From Mycoplasmoides pneumoniae FH (GTDB taxonomy: Bacteria; Bacillota_I; Bacilli_A; Mycoplasmatales; Mycoplasmoidaceae), in assembly GCF_001272835.1 (NCBI RefSeq), contig NZ_CP010546.1:602809-634808 (forward strand): a DNA stretch of 32,000 bases, written 5' to 3'. Shown here in pieces: positions 1 through 6,955 of the stretch. Within the stretch, counting starts at the first letter, position 1. Each line of letters starts with the position of its first letter. The translations under genes were made by a program, and so were the position numbers. The notes below the pieces were generated by a model. That model was not told where the DNA came from. It was given only the letters and a program-made list of their open reading frames with translations, and searched no databases.

Positions 1-229
1 GGCTTCACCGCTTTTTAAAACAAGACCAATTGCAACTTGTTCCTTTGTTTAGTCCAAACTTTTTGCAAGTTTTGTTGGCGCTTCTCAATAAACTGGTCAA
101 TTTATTTAGTGAAAACACAACAATGAAAACAAATAAAAAATACGCCTTTGCGGCGTTGCTAATGCAAGCTCAAGCTAAGCTCCCAAATTCATTTAAATTC
201 TTTCTTTCAAAGAAAGGAGGTATGGCTTA

Positions 230-841
230 ATGAAAGAGAAAATTCCGTTTTATAACGAAAAAGAATTCCATGACATGGTGAAAAAGACCAAAAAGGGCAC
301 TTTTTCAGGTTGATATATCATTGACAAAGATAACAACAGTGTGGAATTCTCTGGCAAATTCAACAGACAATTTAAACTTAACAAACCGGTTATACCAGTG
401 AACACGGAATACGTAACGCGTAAAGAGTTTAACGAGTACAAAAACTCAAACGACCAACGACTTACAAAGATTGAAACCACTTTGGCCGCCCAAGGTGAAC
501 AAATCAACAAATTGACTCAAACTGTTGAAAAACAAGGCGAGCAAATCAATCAATTAGTTCAAGTTGTGCTTCTTCACGGTGAACAAATCAACAAATTAAC
601 TCAAACTGTTGAAAAACAGGGCGAGCAAATTAAAGAACTTCAAATCGAGCAAAAAGCTCAGGGCGAAACCTTAAAGCTAATCTTGCAAACGCTGCAAAAG
701 ATGAGCGATCGCTTGGACAAGATGGAAGTAAAAATGGACAAAATGGAAGTAAAAATGGACAAAATGGAAGTAAAAATGGACAAAATGGAAGTAAAAATGG
801 ACAAAATGGAAAAAAGAATAGACAAACTTGAGTCCAAATAA
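230..841 (+). CDS. DUF16 / RepMP1-family coiled-coil protein (203 aa under table 4)
   Basis: ATG at 230 lies 9 nt after AAAGGAGG (213-220). It is in frame with track ORF 341..841, and the only interruption is one TGA (ggt TGA tat, giving FSGWYII). The translation is [19 protein letters not shown]...[18 protein letters not shown]...[10 protein letters not shown](x4)[11 protein letters not shown], with heptad-rich coiled-coil character. A paralog sits at 4823..5203. A hairpin terminator follows. Confidence 0.85.
494..634 (+). repeat. Internal duplication with an 84-bp period inside the DUF16 gene ([18 protein letters not shown] twice)
   Basis: ggtgaacaaatcaacaaattgactcaaactgttgaaaaacaaggcgagcaaatc at 494 recurs at 578 with only a few substitutions. 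The paralog at 4823..5203 has a single [12 protein letters not shown] unit. Confidence 0.8.
722..826 (+). repeat. Tandem 21-bp repeat (atggaagtaaaaatggacaaa, encoding MEVKMDK): four perfect copies plus one diverged unit (MEKRIDK)
   Basis: Perfect copies lie at 722-742, 743-763, 764-784 and 785-805. The diverged copy is at 806-826. The repeat is in frame within the DUF16 CDS. Confidence 0.95.
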
Positions 842-860
842 CCAATGCTCAGAAATAAAA

Positions 861-906
861 ATACCAACAGTGAAACCTAAAGATGCGGCGCTGTTGGTAT
901 TTTTTT
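861..906 (+). terminator. Rho-independent terminator downstream of the DUF16 gene
   Basis: ataccaacag (861-870) pairs perfectly with ctgttggtat (891-900) and is followed by a T-run (901-906). It begins 20 nt after the stop codon. Confidence 0.7.
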
Positions 907-920
907 CAATTCACATAAAT

Positions 921-1236
921 AAAAAAGCCATCTGCCCAAGGTGAAAAAAACAGACGGCTTTTTGGCGATTTTGAAATTAACAGCAAGTTGTAACTTTTAG
1001 TGATTTGAATGAAAGGAATATATGACCTTTATTCTTTTAAAAAAAGAGATACATCAATTGTGCTGAAAGCCATTGCGTTAACATAAATAAATTAAGACAT
1101 AAAAAATAAACACATTAATCAAATAAGTGTGGGAACAGAAAATTAGGCTTTCAACACAAAATTTTCGTTTTCCTGCCCCCACTAAATAAATTGAGTTGGG
1201 TTTTAAAAAGCGTCAAAAATTTTAATTTAGTTTTTG
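921..1236 (+). repeat. Left copy of the imperfect direct repeat (RepMP1-type flank) bracketing the adhesin-cassette block
   Basis: aaaaaagccatctgcccaaggtgaaaaaaacagacggc (921-958), the acagcaagttgtaac segment, ggctttcaacacaa...ctgcccccactaaataaattgag (1146-1195) and gcgtcaaaaatttt all have recognisable counterparts in the same order at 4364-4640. Confidence 0.7.
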
Positions 1237-2554
1237 CTACTTTCCCCTCCCCCTCACGGGTGAAAACCCCGGCGCTTGGGCCTTAGTGCGCGATAACATT
1301 GCCAAGGGCATCACTGCCGGTAGTAACACCCAACAAACCACGTATGATCCCACCCGAACCGAGGCCACCTTGACCACCGCCACCACCTTTGCGTTACGCC
1401 GGTATGACCTCGCCGGGCGCGCCTTATACGACCTCGATTTTTCGAAGTTAAACCCACAAACGCCCACGCGCGACCAAACCGGGCAGATCACCTTTAACCC
1501 CTTTGGCGGCTTTGGGCTGAGTGGGGCTGCACCCCAACAGTGAAACGAGGTCAAGGATAAGGTCCCCGTCGAGGTGGCCCAAGACCCCTCCAATCCTTAT
1601 CGGTTTGCCGTTTTACTCGTGCCGCGCAGCGTGGTGTACTATGAGCAGTTGCAGCGGGGGTTAGCGCTCCCTAACCAAGGGAGTTCGTCAGGCTCCGGTC
1701 AACAAAACACCACCATTGGCGCGTATGGGCTGAAGGTGAAAAACGCCGAGGCGGACACCGCGAAGAGCAATGAAAAACTCCAGGGCTATGAATCCAAGTC
1801 TTCCAATGGATCTTCAAGCACTTCCACCACCCAACGTGGGGGTTCGTCAAATGAAAACAAAGTCAAGGCGTTGCAGGTGGCGGTGAAAAAGAAATCCGGG
1901 AGTCAGGGCAACTCCGGTGACCAAGGCACCGAACAGGTGGAACTTGAATCTAATGATTTAGCCAACGCCCCGATTAAACGGGGCTCCAATAACAACCAGC
2001 AAGTCCAACTCAAGGCGGACGATTTTGGTACTGCCCCTTCCAGTTCGGGATCAGGCACCCAAGATGGCACCCCCACCCCCTGAACGCCGTGGTTAACGAC
2101 TGAGCAAATTCACAACGACCCCGCCAAATTCGCCGCCTCGATCCTCATTCTGTACGATGCGCCTTATGCACGCAACCGTACCGCCATTGACCGCGTTGAT
2201 CACTTGGATCCCAAGGTGATGACCGCGAACTATCCGCCCAGTTGAAGAACGCCCAAGTGAAACCACCACGGTTTGTGGGACTGAAAGGCGCGCGATGTTT
2301 TGCTCCAAACCACCGGGTTCTTCAACCCGCGCCGCCACCCCGAGTGGTTTGATGGCGGGCAGACGGTCGCGGATAACGAAAAGACCGGGTTTGATGTGGA
2401 TAACTCCGAAAACACCAAGCAGGGCTTTCAAAAGGAAGCTGACTCCGACAAGTCGGCCCCGATCGCCCTCCCGTTTGAAGCGTACTTCGCCAACATTGGC
2501 AACCTCACCTGGTTCGAGCAAGCGCTTTTGGTGTTTGGGATTTGTTTGTCTTAA
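1226..2554 (+). repeat. Silent, start-less copy of the 5' part of the P1 adhesin gene (RepMP4-type by my recollection of the nomenclature)
   Basis: One table-4 frame is open from 1226 (just after a TAA) to TAA at 2552-2554. It joins track ORFs 1286..1543, 1574..2083 and 2300..2554 through TGA codons only. There is no ATG at the 5' end. The translation [23 protein letters not shown]...[51 protein letters not shown]...ILILYDAPYARNRTAIDRVDHLDP...FEAYFANIGNLTWF matches my memory of the N-terminal third of mature P1. The segment is visibly GC-rich compared with its AT-rich flanks. Confidence 0.8.
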
Positions 2555-2596
2555 TTAACTAACAAAATTAATAAATAGGTCTATAGGTTATATTAG

Positions 2597-4432
2597 TACA
2601 CCCCCTACACGCCCTTTACGACACCGCTCAATGGGGGGCTGGATGTAGTGAAGGCGGCCAATTTACACCCCTCATACGAACTCGTGGACTGAAAGCGGGT
2701 GGAGGATACCAAGTTGGTGGCGCTGGTCCGTTCAGCGTTGGTCAGGGTGAAGTTTCAAGATAGTTCGAGCCAACAAGGCACTGAGAGTAATGGCCAAGAC
2801 CAAAATGCCCTTAGTTTTGATACCACCAAGTCCCAACAAGCCTTACAGCAAGCTGGCGATCAATCAGGAACTTCATCTAATTCCACCCAAGAAGACTTCG
2901 CCAGCTACATCCTCATCTTTAAAGCCGCCCCGAAGGCCACGTGGGTGTTTGAACGGAAGATTAAGTTGGCGTTGCCCTACGTTAAGCAGGAAAGTCAGGG
3001 TTCCGACGATCAAGGTTCCAATGGTAAGGGCTCCCTCTACAAAACCCTCCAAGACCTCCTCGTCGAACAACCCGTGACCCCTTACACGCCCAATGCGGGG
3101 TTAGCCCGGGTGAATGGGGTTGCTCAGGACAAGGTGCATGGGTTGGAACAAACCACTCAATGAAACCAACAAGCCTCCCAAAAAAACCTCACCAACAACC
3201 CCGCCCCCAAGGCCGTCACCGGCTTTAAGCTCGACAAGGGCCGCGCGTACCGGAAGTTAAATGAAGCTTGACCGGTGTATGAACCCCTGGATTCGACGAA
3301 GGATGGCAAGGGGAAGGATAAAGATGGGTGAATCACTTCCGGGGCGAGTGAGGCCAAAGGAGATGCCCCGTTGGTGAGCTCAACCGAGAGTCAAATGGCT
3401 GCAGTCACAGACAGTCAGCAATCAGGTCATAACAGTGGATTGGTATCGCTTGCCCAGCGCTCCACTACTGTTGCTGTCCAAAAAAGTGACTCTTCTGGTT
3501 CTCAAGGCCAAGGCACAACCGACAACAAATTCCAAAAATATTTAAACACCGCCCAGGCCTTGCACCAGATGGGGGTGATAGTGCCATCTTTGGAAACGTG
3601 ACCTGGTAAACCAAGTACTGGAATCGCTACCCGTGCTGGTGGTGGTGTTTCAGTCCAAGCAGCGACCCGGCAATCGTCTTCTACAAATGAAGATCTGCCG
3701 AATGTAATAACACAGTTATACCACACCTCCACGTCCCAACTCGCTTACTTAAATGGCCAGATCGTTGTGATGGGTTCAAACGCGGTACCGAGTTTGTGGT
3801 ATTGGGTCGTGGATGAGCGAACCACGTCCGGGAGGGCGACTTGATGAGCCCACACCGAGTTGAACTGGGGCACCGACAAGCAGAAGCAGTTTGTGGAGAA
3901 TCAGCTTGGTTTTAAAGATGACTCAAATTCTTCCTTGACAAACTTCAAGAGTCAAGGCTTAACTCAGCCAGCTTACCTCATCGCCGGCCTTGACGTTGTC
4001 CAAGACCACCTCGTCTTTGCGGCCTTCAAAGCGGGCGCGGTGGGGTATGATATGACGACTGATTCGAACGCTTCCACCAAAGACCAAGCGCTCGCCTGGT
4101 CGACCACGGCCGGGTTGGACAGTGCTGGGGGGTACAACAACCTGGTGGAAAACACGGCCGGACTGAACGGCCCGATTAACGACTTGTTTACCCTGCTCGA
4201 CACCTTTGCTTATGTGACCCCGGTGAGTGGGATGAAAGGGGGGAGTCAGAATAACGAAGAAGTGCAAACCAAGTATCCCGTTAAGGATGATAGTAAGGCG
4301 AGTGCAAAGATTGCCTCCTTAATTAATGCTTCGCCCTTAAACAGTTATGGGGATGATGGCGATAAAAAAGCCATCTACCCAGAGGTAAGAGGCAGACAGC
4401 TCCAAAATATTTTTTGATGATTGGAAAACTAA
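2597..4432 (+). repeat. Silent, start-less copy of the 5' half of the ORF6 (P40/P90, MPN142-type) adhesin-accessory gene (RepMP5-type by my recollection)
   Basis: One table-4 frame is open from 2597 (after a TAG) to TAA at 4430-4432. It joins track ORFs 2699..3163, 3371..3601 and 3860..4417 through TGA codons only. The translation TPYTPFTTPLNGGLDVVKAANLHPSYELVDWKRVEDTKLVALVRSALVRVKFQD...LNWGTDKQKQFVENQLGFKDDSNS...FAYVTPVSGMKGGSQNNEEVQTKYPV...INASPLNSYGDDG matches what I recall of ORF6. The similarity stops near 4363, where RepMP1-type flank sequence begins. There is no start codon. Confidence 0.8.
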
Positions 4433-4640
4433 CGCAAGGTGTTAGTTTGATGTAGAGGCAAAACTATGAATTTACTAAATTTTATTTAAATCAGCGGGAG
4501 CAGGCTCGTTTTTTCAACACAAGTCACTCTGTCTGCTCCCACTAAATAAATTGAGACAGATGTTCAAAGTCGCCAAAGAGTTTGAATATTTTTGCAATTT
4601 GGGTTTGTAATCCCTTCTAACTATTAATAGGAACTTTTAC
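4364..4640 (+). repeat. Right copy of the imperfect direct repeat bracketing the adhesin-cassette block
   Basis: aaaaaagccatctacccagaggtaagaggcagacagc (4364-4400), the aacgcaaggtgttag segment, ggctcgttttttcaacacaa...ctgctcccactaaataaattgag (4503-4555) and gtcgccaaagagttt are collinear with 921-1236. The outer end of this copy is approximate. Confidence 0.7.
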
Positions 4641-4822
4641 TTTCAAAAAAGTTTTGAAGTTATTTTGGTGTCTTTACTAACTTTAAGTAATTTAGTTAGT
4701 GTAAGCACAAAAACCGTTATGTGTAATGTTTTTATTAATTTAGCAAAACAGCTGAACTTAGTTGGCAGCACTACTGCAAGTTGTAGTTTTCCCAACCTCT
4801 TTCAGAAAGGAGGTATTGCTTA

Positions 4823-5203
4823 ATGAAAGAGAAAATTTCCGAAAAGGAATACAAAGCTTTAATCCGTAAAACTGGCAAAGAGCACTTTGATGGTGAAAAA
4901 GAAGAGTATGGTGATGGCACAGTTGGAGTTTGAACTTATGAATTGCGAAAATATAAACTTAAACCACCTGTGAAAGTTAAATACGTAACCCAAGAACAAT
5001 TTCAGGAATATAAAGATTCCAACAATCAGCGACTCATAAAGATTGAAAATAAGGTTGATAAATTAGTTGAAATTGTTCAAATTCACGGCGAACAAATTAA
5101 AGCACAGGGAGAAACCCTGCAATTAATTTTGCAAACGCTGCAAAAGATGAGTGATCGCTTGGACAAGATGGAAAAAAGAATAGACAAACTTGAGTCCAAA
5201 TAA
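4823..5203 (+). CDS. DUF16 / RepMP1-family coiled-coil protein (126 aa under table 4), short paralog of 230..841
   Basis: ATG at 4823 lies 9 nt after GAAAGGAGG (4805-4813). It is in frame with track ORF 4943..5203, with one TGA read as Trp (GVWTYEL). The N-terminus [10 protein letters not shown] and the C-terminus [26 protein letters not shown] are shared with the first copy. It lacks both the 21-bp array and the 84-bp duplication. Confidence 0.85.
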
Positions 5204-5270
5204 CTAAAGCCCAGAAATAAAAAGTCATCTTATCAAGGCGAAAGACGGACATCTAATGAATTGAAATCAA

Positions 5271-6035
5271 TTACTTAATTAAATATTCCAAGTAAATAAA
5301 GAGATTAATATCTCTTGAGTAGCCGCTGGTATTATTAGCATAGCTACTCAAAAATTGTTTCACACTTTTTTGACTAACATCATCTTTGCCTTTTATTAAT
5401 CAGCTAAGTGAAGCGCTAAACTCAATTCACTCTAAATTTCTTGTAATTTCTTTTCCATTAACTTTATTTTTTTCTTCTTTAGTAAGAAATTTTTCTGTAG
5501 TAAATTGTTTTTTTGGATCAGAATTAGATTTAATTTTAAGGAAAAGATCAAAATAATGCTTGTCACCTTTCTTAGCAGTGAAACCACCTGAAGAATAATC
5601 TCCAAACCAATTAAAGTTATAGCTCAACTTAGCTTCAATTGACAAACCCTTAAAACTTTGGTATGTCATTTGAAAATGATCAACCTTTCGCTCAAACTTA
5701 AAAGGTTCACTGGTTTTGGGATAAATTACATCTTCAAAATCAAGATCCGGAATACCTAATTCGCCCTTTTCAAAACTCTGTTTTCAGGCGTCTAACAACA
5801 ATTTTGTTGTATCTTTCGGATTAACTTCGTAAGATTTCTTTAAAGAAGTTATTATGTTCTTTTTTCCTTCTGTAGTTTTAATTGCCTTGTAAACATCAAT
5901 GTCTTTTTTGGTGGTTTCCTTGATAAGATTTCTGAGATCTGCTTGGATGCCAGTATAGGCGCTTAAAACTGTTCCACATAATAAAAATAGAGAACTAAAG
6001 GAAATCCTTGACAACAATCTCTTTTTGCGCATCAA
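5271..6035 (-). CDS. Putative lipoprotein (254 aa under table 4)
   Basis: Track ORFs 5784..6035 and 5427..5669 share a frame. I translated the gaps and the 3' extension down to TAA at 5271-5273 and found only TGA codons (four of them). The N-terminus [22 protein letters not shown] has a basic n-region, a hydrophobic core and a lipobox-like LFLLC. Confidence 0.75.
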
Positions 6036-6060
6036 CAGTAAAAATAACTCTTTAATTTTG

Positions 6061-6077
6061 TTTTTTTTTTTTTTTTT
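6061..6077. repeat. Homopolymer T17 (A17 on the coding strand of the lipoprotein gene), 26 nt upstream of its start codon
   Basis: Counted directly: tttttttttt tttttttgga at 6061-6080 contains 17 consecutive T. Confidence 0.95.
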
Positions 6078-6419
6078 GGAAAAGCAACTTTAAAAACGGA
6101 AAGCTAATTGAAATTTCGGTTTGAACATTAATTAAAAAACTGAAATTTTCAATCATTTATTAACAACTATCACTGATAAACATCTCGATCTGAGTGGTTC
6201 TCATAATTGCCAATTGTTGGTATTTTTATTCATTTTCAAGCTGTATAAAACTTTTTTGCAATTTTGTTGGCACTTCCAAAAGCTCATTTCAATTTATTTA
6301 GTGGAGGAGCAAAATGCAAATCTTTAATTTTTGAAATTGATCAGTAAAGAATCTGATCCCTGTTGGCAACCGAGTTGCAAGCGTTAGTTACTTTTTAAAA
6401 AATCAAAAGAAAGGAGGAT

Positions 6420-6674
6420 TTGACCATTAAAAAAGTAAAGGTTACAGAGAAAGCTTCTGTTGAAAGAATGATAGAAGTATTAAGTGATTCTGAAATTTTG
6501 TCTTATTTATTAAGTAATAAGCACACTGCTGATGGAGTTAATGAAATTTATGTAACGATGAACATTAAAGACAAAGATTCAAACACTCAAAGGAAGCCAG
6601 ATAAAATGTCTTTAGAGCTTGAATTGTTTTTAAATCAGTTTATTGAATTCTTAAAAGAGCAGAGAAAAAGCTAG
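6420..6674 (+). CDS. Hypothetical small protein (84 aa from TTG 6420, or 68 aa from ATG 6468) with a RepMP1-type leader
   Basis: The ORF is free of TGA. The upstream 6250-6417 region is homologous to the leaders of both DUF16 genes, including AGAAAGGAGG (6408-6417). The TTG is only 2 nt after the Shine-Dalgarno sequence, so the true start is uncertain. A terminator hairpin follows. The protein has no recognisable family. Confidence 0.4.
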   Translation: MTIKKVKVTEKASVERMIEVLSDSEILSYLLSNKHTADGVNEIYVTMNIKDKDSNTQRKPDKMSLELELFLNQFIEFLKEQRKS

Positions 6675-6684
6675 CAGCATAAAA

Positions 6685-6719
6685 ATACCAGCAGTTAATG
6701 CATAGCTGTTGGTATTTTT
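6685..6719 (+). terminator. Rho-independent terminator
   Basis: ataccagcag (6685-6694) pairs with ctgttggtat (6706-6715), giving a 10-bp stem with one G-U pair. tttt follows at 6716-6719. The hairpin is homologous to the one at 861-906. Confidence 0.65.
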
Positions 6720-6921
6720 ACTTAAGTTTTGACCATTTTGAATGGATAAAATTTCCTTGCAAATAGAAATTACAAACCAAAAACTATAACAAAATGAACT
6801 AAGCAATTTTCATCTTGGCTTTTTTCTTATTTAAAAGAGATTAAATTTTCATCTTAAAAGCTTTTATTTTTACCACACAGGATCTAATAAATTTCAAGAG
6901 TTAAAGAAGTACAAACTTTGT

Positions 6922-6927
6922 TAATAT
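6922..6927 (+). promoter_or_regulatory. Candidate -10 box (TAATAT) for the large lipoprotein gene
   Basis: TAATAT lies 29 nt upstream of ATG 6956 in an AT-rich intergenic region. This is a sequence match only. Confidence 0.25.
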
Positions 6928-6955
6928 TTCTCCAAATTTCGGGTTTTTAGTGTTT

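Noticed and set aside
134-156. Hairpin acgcc-tttgc-ggcgt preceded by an A-run. It would form a minus-strand rho-independent terminator (stem followed by a T-run).
   Set aside because: No minus-strand gene lies to its right that it could terminate, because the adjacent gene is on the plus strand. The stem is only 5 bp. It is probably just part of the repeat leader.
30-230. Plus-strand ORF 30..230 upstream of the first DUF16 gene.
   Set aside because: It lies entirely in the RepMP1 leader that is conserved as non-coding sequence upstream of all three units (compare 4600-4822 and 6250-6419, where the frame is not preserved). It also ends right at the real gene's start codon.
722-826. Regularly spaced 21-bp direct repeats that could be mistaken for a CRISPR array.
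   Set aside because: The copies are contiguous with no spacers, lie in frame inside a CDS, and encode a heptad. This is a coding VNTR, not a CRISPR array.
630-867. Two minus-strand ORFs (630..845 and 658..867) with striking repeated peptides (FCPFLLP / SILSIFT).
   Set aside because: They are antisense shadows of the 21-bp tandem repeat in the DUF16 gene. They have no independent start context or conservation signal.
1237-4267. Long minus-strand and out-of-frame plus-strand ORFs inside the GC-rich block (for example 1237..1593, 2093..2521, 2295..2558, 2790..3077, 3502..3732, 3959..4267).
   Set aside because: GC-rich sequence in an AT-rich genome gives long stop-free stretches by chance. Only the plus-strand frame that joins through TGA gives the P1-like and ORF6-like sequence. 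The other translations are Arg/Gly/Pro-rich and not protein-like.
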